Positions 18,874 through 28,264 of a DNA stretch of 59,887 nucleotides are shown one piece after another. The notes under the pieces were generated by a model. It was not told where the DNA came from. It saw nothing but the letters and a program-made list of their open reading frames with translations, and searched no databases. The stretch is from Alphaproteobacteria bacterium. GTDB lineage: Bacteria > Pseudomonadota > Alphaproteobacteria > GCA-2731375. The DNA lies in NCBI GenBank assembly GCA_016869175.1, contig VGEV01000003.1:1-59887 (forward strand), written 5' to 3'. Both the position numbers and the translations under genes were made by a program. How positions within the stretch are numbered: the first letter of the stretch is position 1; each line of letters starts with the position of its first letter.

Positions 18874-20039
18874 AAGGCCGCCTCCAGGATACTCATCACC
18901 GCTTCCGGCGTGCGGATGGCGCGCGGGTTGGAAAAGGTCCAGTCGTCCAGCATGCAGTTTTGCGCCAGCGTCGGCAGTTGCTCGCGGGCGATGCCGACCT
19001 GCCTGAGCGTGCGCGGCATGCCGAGCCCGGCGATGAAGCGGTCGAGCACGGCGCCGGCCGGCTCGCCGGGCTGGCCGAGGGCCGCGGCGATCTCGGCCTG
19101 GCGTTCGGCGTTGACGGCGCGGTTGTAGTCCAGCACGCAAGGCAGCATCACACAGCTCGTATGGCCGTGCGGCACGTTGGCGCTGCCTCCCAGGATGTGG
19201 CCGATGGCATGGCTGGCACCCAGCCGCGTGCCGGTGACGATGCCGGTCATGGAGATCCAGGCACCCATCATGCAGGCCAGCCGCGCTTCCAGGTCGGCGG
19301 GATCGTTCTTGACCCGTGGCAGCGCCATGCCCAGCACGCGCAAGGCGTGCAGCGCCGCGCCATCGGTATAGGGGTTGGCATCGAGCGAGCAATAGGTCTC
19401 GACCGCGTGATCGACCGCGCGAATGCCGGTCGACAGCCACAGCCATTGTGGCGTGTGCACGGTGATGGCGGGGTCCAGGATCACCGAAACCGGAATGATG
19501 CCGGGGTTCATGTAGCTCTGCTTCAGCTTCTTGCGGGCATCGGTGATGCCGGCCCGGGCATTGAACTCGCCGCCGGAGAGCGTCGTCGGCACCGCCACCT
19601 GCCGCACGTCGGGCGCGGCAAAAGCCGGGATCTGCCGCTTGCCCTTGTCATCAAGCGTGGTGCGAAAGGGCTCCAGGCCATCGACCTCGCGGATGCCGTG
19701 CTTGAGGCAGATCGTCACCGCCTTGCCGCCGTCGGTCACCGATCCGCCGCCGACGGTGACCAGCAGATCGGCCCCCGCCTCGCGCGCCTTGTTAGCGCAG
19801 GCCACCACGGCCTCGCGCGGCGAATGCGGCGGCATATCGTCGTGCAAGCCAACGCAGCGCGGGCCGAGCAGCTTGACGATGTCACCGACCACGCTGGTCT
19901 CGCGGTTCAGGCTGCGCCCGGTCAGCAGGAAGACCCGTCTTGCGCTCAGCCGGTCGGCCTCGGCCGTGACCGCCTGTGCCGCCGGCTGGCCGAAGATCAC
20001 GCGGTCGAGCTTGGTGAAGACGATGCTGCCGCTTTGCAT
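18870..20039 (-). CDS. Iron-containing alcohol dehydrogenase (maleylacetate reductase-like branch)
   Basis: GGGSVTDGGK, VPTTLSGGE, RAVDHAVE, SHAIGH and PHG motifs. Alternative start at 20069. Confidence 0.88.
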   Translation of the reverse strand: MQSGSIVFTKLDRVIFGQPAAQAVTAEADRLSARRVFLLTGRSLNRETSVVGDIVKLLGPRCVGLHDDMPPHSPREAVVACANKAREAGADLLVTVGGGSVTDGGKAVTICLKHGIREVDGLEPFRTTLDDKGKRQIPAFAAPDVRQVAVPTTLSGGEFNARAGITDARKKLKQSYMNPGIIPVSVILDPAITVHTPQWLWLSTGIRAVDHAVETYCSLDANPYTDGAALHALRVLGMALPRVKNDPADLEARLACMMGAWISMTGIVTGTRLGASHAIGHILGGSANVPHGHTSCVMLPCVLDYNRAVNAERQAEIAAALGQPGEPAGAVLDRFIAGLGMPRTLRQVGIAREQLPTLAQNCMLDDWTFSNPRAIRTPEAVMSILEAAF

Positions 20040-20070
20040 GGACCCCCCAATCGATGCTTGAGCCAGCATC

Positions 20071-20562
20071 TCAGAAATAGGCGATCAGCCGGCCGCATGC
20101 CGCGACCGCAAGCCAGAGCGCCAGCGACAACAGGGCGGCGGCCCGCAAGGCGAGCGGCAGCGGCCTGTGCGGCGGGCAGTCGGCGATGGCCGTTTCGCCG
20201 AACACGCCAACGGCGGCCGCATTGGCAAGGCCGAGCCCGATCAGGCAAGCCTTGATCCACAGCACGGGGTTTTGCGCGACATGGCTGGCCTCGGCGATGA
20301 ACAGGGCGGCGCCGCTTGCGGCCAGCAAGGCGAAGGCGGCGAGCGCCACCCGCCGGGTGGGCCGCAGCACCGCCGCCGGCGGGGTGGCGGCGAAGGCGCC
20401 CAGCAGACGCGCGTCCATGATCGCCACCGCCCCGGCAAAAGCCGCCAACGCCAGAACGTGCCCGACATTGGCCGCCGGATAGAGCCAGACCGACTGGCGC
20501 ACCGCCTCGCCGTAGGCCGACTGCTCCAGCGCCAGCAACAGTGCTGGCGCGTCTTCGCGCAT
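20071..20562 (-). CDS. 4-TM membrane protein (DUF6644-like)
   Basis: WLYPAANVGHVL, DARLLG, NPVLWIK and C-terminal GRLIAYF; start overlaps the upstream stop (TGATG). Confidence 0.7.
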   Translation of the reverse strand: MREDAPALLLALEQSAYGEAVRQSVWLYPAANVGHVLALAAFAGAVAIMDARLLGAFAATPPAAVLRPTRRVALAAFALLAASGAALFIAEASHVAQNPVLWIKACLIGLGLANAAAVGVFGETAIADCPPHRPLPLALRAAALLSLALWLAVAACGRLIAYF

Positions 20563-20924
20563 CAGCGCATCTCGATCGTCTTGCCGTCGACGGTGACGCG
20601 CTCCGCGCGCAGCTCGTTTTTCTCCACCGTCGACACATAACCAAAGGCGGATATCGTCTTGCCGACCGCCATCAGTTCCGCCAGCGCACCCCGGTTCAGC
20701 ATGCGCGAGACCGGCGCCAGCACGATGATCCAGCGCTTGCCGTTGGCCTCGACGTTGAGCACGACATGCGGGTTCTGATACTCCGACGTGACGATCAGGC
20801 CGCTAATCGTGATCGGGTTGGCGGCGTCGTAGCTGCCCCAGCCGTGGTGCGCCAGGACGACCCCGCTGGCGGTCATTGCCGCCGCCCAGAACAACGCGAT
20901 CGCAGCCCACGTTTTTCCAGCCAT
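20562..20924 (-). CDS. Exported small beta protein (DUF6152-like)
   Basis: Signal peptide ending VLA followed by HHGW; NPH motif; alternating beta-strand pattern. Confidence 0.72.
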   Translation of the reverse strand: MAGKTWAAIALFWAAAMTASGVVLAHHGWGSYDAANPITISGLIVTSEYQNPHVVLNVEANGKRWIIVLAPVSRMLNRGALAELMAVGKTISAFGYVSTVEKNELRAERVTVDGKTIEMR

Positions 20925-20994
20925 CGCTCGTCTCCCGATCCGCCGCCTGCGGGTGAACATGGATCGCGCACCAAGCAGGCGCCGCCCCGCCGTC

Positions 20995-21414
20995 TCAGGC
21001 GGCGCGGAACCTGATCTTGGGGCAGGGTTCGTTGCCGGTCGGGAGCACCGCCTGCAACTGCATGCCGATGCGGATCTCCTCCGGCTTCAGGTCGATCAGC
21101 TCGGTGATCAGGCGCACGCCGGGCGCATCGGCGAACTCAACCAGGCCGATGGTCACCGGCACGCGGGCCTTCAGATCCTCGGTGAAGGGGTGGCGCACGA
21201 CGCTCCAGGTATAGAGCGTCGCCCGGCCACTGACCGGTTGCCAGGCGATGTCGGCGGCCTGGCAATGCGGGCAGCGTTTCATCGGATACCAATGCCGCTT
21301 GCCGCAGGCCCGGCATCGCGGGAAGCTCAAGCGCCCCTGGCGAACATCATCCCAGAAGCCACGGAATTCGGGTCCGAAACGCGCCTCCTTGTCGAATTCG
21401 ACGGCAACGCTCAT
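20995..21414 (-). CDS. DUF35 Zn-ribbon/OB-fold protein
   Basis: FW..., CRACG...YP...CPHC and SGRATLYTWSVV; ATG overlaps the thiolase stop (ATGA). Confidence 0.9.
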   Translation of the reverse strand: MSVAVEFDKEARFGPEFRGFWDDVRQGRLSFPRCRACGKRHWYPMKRCPHCQAADIAWQPVSGRATLYTWSVVRHPFTEDLKARVPVTIGLVEFADAPGVRLITELIDLKPEEIRIGMQLQAVLPTGNEPCPKIRFRAA

Positions 21415-22559
21415 CGGCCGAGCACCAGGGCGGCGAAATCCGGCACCGACAGGCCGGTGACGAGGCCGAGTTCGGCGTCCTTCACCTGCACCGCGCCGGC
21501 TTCGCCGCGGAGCTGCCGCACCGCTTCGGTCACATGCTCGACTGCCAGCCGGTAGCTGTAGGACAGCAGCCCGCCATGGGTGTTGACCGGCAGCTTGCCG
21601 CCGAGCCGGGTATGGCCGGCTTGCACGAACTCCCCCGCTTCGCCCTTGCCGCAGAAGCCCAAGTCCTCGAGCTGCATGAGGCACGAGACCGTGAAACAGT
21701 CGTAGAGCTCGACGAAGTCCATATCGGCCAGCTTGAGCCCGCAGGTGCGTTCCAGATGCGCCTTGGCGGCGCCCACGCTGGGCAGGGTCATCAGGTTGGC
21801 GCGCTGGGTGAAGGCATCGTCGGCGCTGATGCGTTCGGAGGCGAACCCGACGCCTTTCACGTAAATCGGCCGCTTGCGGCAATCGCGCGCGCGCTCTTTG
21901 CTGGTCATGATGAAGGCGCCGGCGCCGTCGCTGATCAGGCAGCAATCGGGATAGCGCAGCGGATCGGCCACCACCGGCGCCTTGAAGTAATCGTCGAGCG
22001 TCATCGGCTTCATGTTCTGGCCGCGGCCGGTCCGCCGGCTGTTCTCGCGCTGGTTGATGGCGATTGCCGCCAGATGCTCCAGCTTCAGGCCGTAATCGTG
22101 CATGTAGCGGTGCGCGAACAGGGCGAAATAGGTTGGCTGGGCATTGAAGCCATAGGGCTTCTCGAAGGCGATCTTGGCGGGATAGAGGTCGTGGAAGGCA
22201 TAGGGCCCGCCCGGCCGGGTGCCCCAGTCGACGCCGAAATAGCAGAGCACGGTACGGCAAAGCCCGGTCTGGATCGCCATTTGTGCCAGCAGCGGCGCGC
22301 CGATGGTGCCGGCCCCGGCATAGGACATCGAGGCATCGAAATAGCGGTCGATGCCAAGCTGGGCCGCCAGCCATTCATGCGGCACGCTGGTTGGCATCAC
22401 CACGCCGTCGGAGACGATGCCGTCGATGTCGCCGGCCTTCAGTCCGGCATCCTCCAGCGCCGCCATGACGGCATCGACGGTCAGTGCCCGCACATCCTTG
22501 TCGGAGCGGCGCGCCGGCGGCGTCTCGCCAATGCCGACGATGGCGATTTCCTGCAACAT
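21411..22559 (-). CDS. Thiolase-superfamily protein (SCP2/Ltp2-like)
   Basis: AIVGIGET, DCCLISDGAGA, ELYDCFT, NTHGGLLS and EAVRQLRGEAG..QV; RBS GGAGG. Confidence 0.9.
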   Translation of the reverse strand: MLQEIAIVGIGETPPARRSDKDVRALTVDAVMAALEDAGLKAGDIDGIVSDGVVMPTSVPHEWLAAQLGIDRYFDASMSYAGAGTIGAPLLAQMAIQTGLCRTVLCYFGVDWGTRPGGPYAFHDLYPAKIAFEKPYGFNAQPTYFALFAHRYMHDYGLKLEHLAAIAINQRENSRRTGRGQNMKPMTLDDYFKAPVVADPLRYPDCCLISDGAGAFIMTSKERARDCRKRPIYVKGVGFASERISADDAFTQRANLMTLPSVGAAKAHLERTCGLKLADMDFVELYDCFTVSCLMQLEDLGFCGKGEAGEFVQAGHTRLGGKLPVNTHGGLLSYSYRLAVEHVTEAVRQLRGEAGAVQVKDAELGLVTGLSVPDFAALVLGR

Positions 22560-22613
22560 CGATGCCTCCATGGACTGCGCCAAGCTCACGGCCCGGAGCA
22601 CGGCCTGTCAAGC

Positions 22614-24581
22614 TCAGGGGCGAGTGTAGCTGCTCTGTTCCGCCGCCGTACCCAGCGCCGCCACGGCCTCCGGATTCAGCATGGTTGAAAGGTCGCCCGG
22701 CGGCTCACCCAGCAGCACCGCCTTCACCGTGCGGCGCAGGATCTTAAGGCTGCGATTTTTCGGCAGGTCGGCTACGAACACCACGCGCTTGGGTCGGAAC
22801 GAACGGCCCAGGCCCTTGGCCACGGCATCGGCCATGGCCTTGGCCAAGGCCGCGTCGGGCCGGGCACCCGGCGCCGGCACGCAAACACAGGACACCGCCT
22901 GGCCGCTGATCGGGTCGGGTAGGCCAACCGCGGCGGCTTCCGAGACCAGCCCGGTGCCAGTCAGCAGCCCCTCGATCTCCGCTGGCCCCGTGCGCTTGCC
23001 CGAGATCTTCAGCGTGTCGTCGGAGCGGCCGGTGACGAACCATTGTCCATCGGCATCCCTGACCGCCAGGTCGCCCTGCCGCCAGAGGTCGGGGAAGGTG
23101 CTCCAATAGGTCTCCAGATACTGTTCGCGGTCCCTCCAGAAACCACGCGTCAGGCCGATCGAGGGTGCCCGCAGCACTAGTTCGCCCACCTCGCCGGCGG
23201 CCGAGGAGCGGCCCTGCTCGTCCACCACGTCGGCCTGCATGCCGGGTATCGAGCAGGTGAAGGCGCAGGGCTTCACGGGATGCAGAAGGGTGCCGAACAG
23301 GATGCCGCCGGTGATTTCCGTGCCGCCCGACCAGTTCAGCATCGGCACCCGCGCCTTGCCGATATGCCGGAAAAACCAGTGCCAGGCTTCCTCGGTCCAT
23401 GGTTCGCCGCCCGAAACGCTGACCCTGAGCGAAGACAGGTCGAGCCCGGCGACCGATTGCGGACCCTGGCGCATCAGGCTGCGGATCGCGGTCGGTGCGC
23501 TGCCCAGCACGCTCACGCTGTAATCCTGCACCATGCGCCACATGCGCGCTTCGTCGGGGAAGTCGGGCGCACCTTCGCCCAGCACCAGGGTCGCCCCCTG
23601 CATGCCGCAGGCAATGGTCGTATAGGGCGCCACCGCCCAGCCGAAGTCGGTGAACCACATGAAGCGGTCCGTGGGCTTGAGGTCGGCGCAAAGGATGAAG
23701 TCCGTCGTCATCTTGCCCAGCACACCGCAATGGGTGACGACGATGCCCTTGGGCCGGCCGCTGGTGCCGGAGGTGAAGATCAGCATGGCCGGGTCGTCGG
23801 CCGGCACCGCGATGCTGTCCAGGCGGTCGGGCTGGCCGGCCACGGCGTCCTGCCACCAGCTATCGCGACCGGGCTGCCAGGCGAGCGAATTGCCGGCCAA
23901 TCGGTGCACGATGACGTGCTTGAGGCTGGGCGTCGCCCGCGCGGCGCCATCCATCTCGGCCTTCATCGCCACGACCTGGCCGCGCCGGCGCGTGCCATCG
24001 CAGGTGATCGCCGCCTTGGCTTCGGCCTCGTTCAACCGCTGCGCCAAGGCGTCAGCAGCGAAACCCGAATAGAGCGGCATGGCGATGGCGCCCAGCCGCA
24101 GCACGGCGTAGAGCGCCGCCACCGTCTCCGGCAACAACGGCAGGTAGATCGCCACCACATCACCGGCGCCGATCCCGCGCTGTCGCAGCGCGCCGGCCAG
24201 CCGGCTCGCTTCGCGGTCCAGTTCGGCATAGCTCCAGGTCTTGCGCTCGCCCGTCTCGGCTTCCCAGACGATCGCGGGCCTGGCTGCGACGGCGGTGCCG
24301 CGATGCCGGTCGAGGGTGTTCAGCACCACGTTGGTCGTGCCGCCAACGCACCATTGCGTCCAAGGCAGGCCGCGCGTGCTGTCGATGACCCTGGTGTAGG
24401 GCGTGGGGAAACGCAGTTCGGCGAAGCGCAACACGGCATCCCAGAACCATTCCGGATCGCCCGCCAGCCGCCCTTCCAGGGCGGTGAAATCGGTCAAAGC
24501 ATGGCGGTCGAGGAAGGCGCGCAAATTGCTGCCGGCGACCAGCTCGGGCGAAGGGCGCCAGGCGAAGCCGCTGCCGCTCAT
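22614..24581 (-). CDS. AMP-forming acyl-CoA synthetase (acetate/acetoacetate-CoA ligase-like)
   Basis: FTSGTSGRPKG, GGEPW, SGGTE, GRSDDTLKISGKR and LPKNRSLKILRR motifs. Confidence 0.92.
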   Translation of the reverse strand: MSGSGFAWRPSPELVAGSNLRAFLDRHALTDFTALEGRLAGDPEWFWDAVLRFAELRFPTPYTRVIDSTRGLPWTQWCVGGTTNVVLNTLDRHRGTAVAARPAIVWEAETGERKTWSYAELDREASRLAGALRQRGIGAGDVVAIYLPLLPETVAALYAVLRLGAIAMPLYSGFAADALAQRLNEAEAKAAITCDGTRRRGQVVAMKAEMDGAARATPSLKHVIVHRLAGNSLAWQPGRDSWWQDAVAGQPDRLDSIAVPADDPAMLIFTSGTSGRPKGIVVTHCGVLGKMTTDFILCADLKPTDRFMWFTDFGWAVAPYTTIACGMQGATLVLGEGAPDFPDEARMWRMVQDYSVSVLGSAPTAIRSLMRQGPQSVAGLDLSSLRVSVSGGEPWTEEAWHWFFRHIGKARVPMLNWSGGTEITGGILFGTLLHPVKPCAFTCSIPGMQADVVDEQGRSSAAGEVGELVLRAPSIGLTRGFWRDREQYLETYWSTFPDLWRQGDLAVRDADGQWFVTGRSDDTLKISGKRTGPAEIEGLLTGTGLVSEAAAVGLPDPISGQAVSCVCVPAPGARPDAALAKAMADAVAKGLGRSFRPKRVVFVADLPKNRSLKILRRTVKAVLLGEPPGDLSTMLNPEAVAALGTAAEQSSYTRP

Positions 24582-25363
24582 GCCGCCGAGATGCCGCCGT
24601 TGACGCTGATCGCCTGGCCGGTCAGGTGACTGGCCTGCGGGCTGGCGAGAAACACCACGAGCGGTGCGATGTTCCGCGCCGCCGCCACGCCCAGTCGCGC
24701 GCGGCCTTCCGCCTTGACGAACAACTTGCGACTGAACTCGTCGGCCATCATGCGGTCATAGGAGATGGTGTCCTTGGTGATCGAGGGCGTGACGCAGTTG
24801 ACCCGGATGCCGTGGCGAGCACCCTCGATGGCCAGCGTGCGGCTGAACATCAGCACCGCCGCCTGCACCGCGCCGTGCACGGTTTCGCCGGGCGTCGCCA
24901 CCTTGGCCGCGTCGGCCGAGAAATTGATGATCACGCCGCCTTTCTGCGCCTGCATGATGGGATAGGCGGCAGCGCAGCAATGCAGCGCGGTCAGGAAATG
25001 GATCTGGATGGGCTCCATCACCTTGTCCATCGGGATCCGCTCAAACGGCCTGGGCGTCAGCCAGCCGCCGGAGGCCGCGTTGACCAGGATGTCGATGCGG
25101 CCGAAGCGGGCCCTGGTTTCGGCCATCAGCCGTTCGGCCGCTTGGGCGTCGCTGGTGTCGGCGACGATGGCATGCGCCTCGGCCCCAGGCGCACGGCGCC
25201 GGACCTCGGCCACCGCCTCGGCGCAGCGCGCGGCGTTGCGACCATTGACGACCAGCCGGCGGCAGCCGGCCTCGGCCAATTGGCAGGCGGCCTCGCGGCC
25301 GATGCCCGAACTGGAGCCAGCCATCACCGCCACGGCGTCGTGCAGGTTCGGCACCACCGTCAA
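24578..25363 (-). CDS. SDR family protein lacking the YxxxK catalytic motif
   Basis: AGSSSGIG, FGRIDILVN, IRVNCVTP and TGQAISVNGG; TTG start after GGAGG; catalytic segment reads ETVHGAVQAA. Confidence 0.85.
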   Translation of the reverse strand: MTVVPNLHDAVAVMAGSSSGIGREAACQLAEAGCRRLVVNGRNAARCAEAVAEVRRRAPGAEAHAIVADTSDAQAAERLMAETRARFGRIDILVNAASGGWLTPRPFERIPMDKVMEPIQIHFLTALHCCAAAYPIMQAQKGGVIINFSADAAKVATPGETVHGAVQAAVLMFSRTLAIEGARHGIRVNCVTPSITKDTISYDRMMADEFSRKLFVKAEGRARLGVAAARNIAPLVVFLASPQASHLTGQAISVNGGISAA

Positions 25364-25530
25364 GCCATCCTCCGTTTCGGTGCGGCCGGAGGGTAGTCGG
25401 CACCGCTTGGCGCGGCAACCGGCAAGCCGCCGGCCCCGCGGCCGACCTGCCATGCCGGAGGCAAAGATGGCCGGCCGCTTCCGGCCGGGGCCGAACTCGC
25501 TTATGGTCGAGGCGAACGGGGGCACTTGGC

Positions 25531-26493
25531 TTGAGCGAGCTCGCCATCGTCGCGGAATCGGTGTTGCAGGCGCTGTCCGCGGGGCTGCTGATCGGCTGCA
25601 TCTACGGGCTTATGTGCCTGGGCCTCAGCCTGATTTTCGGCATCATGCGCGTAATCAATTTCGCGCAAGGCGAATTCCTGATGCTGGGCATGTATTTCGC
25701 CTTTTACGCCATGGCGGCGTTTGGCGCGCTCGGCATCCTGGGACCGCTCGTCGGCCCCTTCGTCGCGGCGCTGCTGGCGGCACCCGCGCTCTTTGTCTTC
25801 GGCTATCTGCTGCACCTGTTGCTGGTGCGTCGGGTGACCGGCGTGCGGGCGGTCGGCACCGAGGGCGAGGGGCACTACGCTCAGCTCATCCTCACGCTCG
25901 GCATCTCGCTGATCGTCGCCAATGGCAGCTTGGTCGCCTTCGGCTCTTTCCCACAGGTGGTGAAGACGCCGCTGTCCTCCACCGCGTGGGAACTCGGTCC
26001 GCTCTACGGCGATTTCGTCTTGGTTTTCGTCAACCAGGCGCGCGCCTGGTCCAGCCTGGTGTCGATCGCCGCCGCGATCGGGCTGGTGCTGTTCATGAGC
26101 CGCTCCGCGCTCGGCAAGTCGCTGCTGGCAGCCGCCGACAATCCCGAGGCGGCGATCTACATGGGCATCGACGTCGACCGGGCGCACCGCATCGCCTTCG
26201 CCATCGGCACCGCGGTGACGGCGGTGGCGGGCGGCCTGGTCGCCACCTACTATCCGTTCCAGCCCTATGTCGGCATCGAGTTCGTCATCATCATGTATGC
26301 CGGCGTGGTGCTGGGCGGGATCGGCAGCGTCAGCGGCGCCTTCCTGGGCGGCCTGTCCATCGGCTTGGTGCAACAGCTTTCCACCTTGGTGCTGCCGATC
26401 CAGCTGCAGAACGCGGCGATCTTCGTGATGTTTCTTCTGGTGGTGATGTTCCGCCCGCACGGCCTGTTCGGCCGCAGCGCGGAAAGGACCTGA
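25531..26493 (+). CDS. Branched-chain amino acid-type ABC transporter permease (LivH-like)
   Basis: GLSLIFGIMRVINFAQGEF, VVLGGIGS and RPHGLFG motifs. Confidence 0.92.
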   Translation: MSELAIVAESVLQALSAGLLIGCIYGLMCLGLSLIFGIMRVINFAQGEFLMLGMYFAFYAMAAFGALGILGPLVGPFVAALLAAPALFVFGYLLHLLLVRRVTGVRAVGTEGEGHYAQLILTLGISLIVANGSLVAFGSFPQVVKTPLSSTAWELGPLYGDFVLVFVNQARAWSSLVSIAAAIGLVLFMSRSALGKSLLAAADNPEAAIYMGIDVDRAHRIAFAIGTAVTAVAGGLVATYYPFQPYVGIEFVIIMYAGVVLGGIGSVSGAFLGGLSIGLVQQLSTLVLPIQLQNAAIFVMFLLVVMFRPHGLFGRSAERT

Positions 26494-26497
26494 GGCC

Positions 26498-28264
26498 ATG
26501 GGGGACCGGCAGTCGCTCAACCGCTCGCTGACGGCGATCGGCGTCTTCGTCGTCGTCTATGTCCTGGTGGTGCTACTGATCGACAATTCCTATTACCGGC
26601 TGATGCTGACCCTGGTGCCGATCTGGGCGACGCTGGGTCTCGCCTGGAACCTGTTCAGCGGCTACAGCGGCCTCGTCTCGTTCGGCCATGCCTCGTTCTT
26701 CGGCCTTGGCGCCTACACCGCGACCCTGCTGCAGATCCATTTCGACGTGACATTCTGGTTTGGCATTCCCTGCGGCATGCTGGTCGGCGGCTTGGCCGGA
26801 CTGGTCATCGGCTGGCCGACCTTCCGGCTGCAGGGGGTCTATTTCGCGCTGGCGATGCTGGCCTACCCGTTGGCTTTTCTCTACCTCTTCGAATGGCTCG
26901 GCTACCAGGAAGTCTCGCTGCCGATGAAGCGCGAGAACGCCGCCTACTACATGCAGTTCGACGATCAGCGCGCCTATATCGCGCTGACCCTGGGGCTGAT
27001 GACCACCGCCATGCTGATCTCGCTGTTCGTCGAGCACTCGCGCTTTGGCCTGTCGCTGGTGGCGATCAAGCAGAACGAACTGGCGGCCGAGGGCGTCGGC
27101 ATCGATACCAAGCGCTGGAAGCTGTTGGCGATCGTGCTGAGCGGGACGATCGCGGCGGCGGCGGGCGGGCTCTATGCCAAGGTGCTGCTGGTGGTAACCC
27201 CGCCGACCGTGTTCGGCATGATCACCTCGGCCCAGGCGCTGATCGTCACGCTGTTCGGCGGCGTCGGCACCTTTTGGGGGCCGGTGATCGGCGCCGGCTT
27301 CCTCATTCCCCTGGCGGAAATCCTGCATGGGGAGTTCGGTCACATCCTGCCGGGTATCCAGGGCGTCACGTTCGGCATCGCCATCGTGATCGTCATTATG
27401 CTGGCGCCTGAGGGCGTGTTCTGGAAAGTGCGCGACCGGTTTCGCCTGGGCGAGGGCAAGGCCGAACCAGCGCCCGGTTTCACCGCCGCCGAGTTGGCGC
27501 CGCCACCCGACCGGGCGGTGACCAGCGGCCAGACGGTGCTGGACGTCGGTGGCGTGTCCAAGCGCTTCGGCGGCCTGCTGGCGCTCAACCAGGTGACGTT
27601 CCAGGTCAAGGCCGGCGAGATCCTGGGCATTATCGGCCCCAACGGCGCCGGCAAGACCACCTTGTTCAACGTGTTGAACGGCTATTACCCGCCCAGCGAG
27701 GGCGGCGTCCGCTTCCTGGAGCAGGACTTGCTGGGTCTGAAGCCGAACCGCGTGTGCCGGCTGGGCATCGGACGCACCTTTCAGATCGTGCGCGCCTTTC
27801 CGCGGCTGAACGTGCTGCAGAACGTGGTGGTGGGCGCCTTCGTCCGTGCCGAGAACGATCGCGCGGCGCGGCGCATGGCCGAGGCGGCGGTTGCGCGGGT
27901 CGGTCTCGGCGGTTCGCGTCTCAAGCAGGCGGGCGGTCTGACCACCAAGGAGCTGCGCCTGATGGAACTGGCACGCGCCATCGCGCCGCGGCCGACCCTG
28001 CTGCTGCTGGACGAGCCGTTGGCCGGTCTGGGTCACGAGGAGGTCGAGGAGCTGTTTCCGATCCTGCAACGGCTGCGGGCAGAGGGCATCACCATCGTCA
28101 TCATCGAGCACACCATGCAGGCCATGGTCCGGCTGGTCGACCGCATGGTGGTGCTGGACCACGGCATGGTGATCGCCCAGGGCGCGCCGGCGGCGGTGAC
28201 GCGCGACCCCGCGGTGATCGAAGCCTATCTCGGCAAGAAATGGGCGGCGCATGCTCAGAATTGA
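26498..28264 (+). CDS. Fused ABC permease/ATPase (LivM-LivG-like)
   Basis: N-terminal WNLFSGYSGLVSFGHA permease; C-terminal GPNGAGKTT, LLLDEP and IEH. Confidence 0.92.
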   Translation: MGDRQSLNRSLTAIGVFVVVYVLVVLLIDNSYYRLMLTLVPIWATLGLAWNLFSGYSGLVSFGHASFFGLGAYTATLLQIHFDVTFWFGIPCGMLVGGLAGLVIGWPTFRLQGVYFALAMLAYPLAFLYLFEWLGYQEVSLPMKRENAAYYMQFDDQRAYIALTLGLMTTAMLISLFVEHSRFGLSLVAIKQNELAAEGVGIDTKRWKLLAIVLSGTIAAAAGGLYAKVLLVVTPPTVFGMITSAQALIVTLFGGVGTFWGPVIGAGFLIPLAEILHGEFGHILPGIQGVTFGIAIVIVIMLAPEGVFWKVRDRFRLGEGKAEPAPGFTAAELAPPPDRAVTSGQTVLDVGGVSKRFGGLLALNQVTFQVKAGEILGIIGPNGAGKTTLFNVLNGYYPPSEGGVRFLEQDLLGLKPNRVCRLGIGRTFQIVRAFPRLNVLQNVVVGAFVRAENDRAARRMAEAAVARVGLGGSRLKQAGGLTTKELRLMELARAIAPRPTLLLLDEPLAGLGHEEVEELFPILQRLRAEGITIVIIEHTMQAMVRLVDRMVVLDHGMVIAQGAPAAVTRDPAVIEAYLGKKWAAHAQN

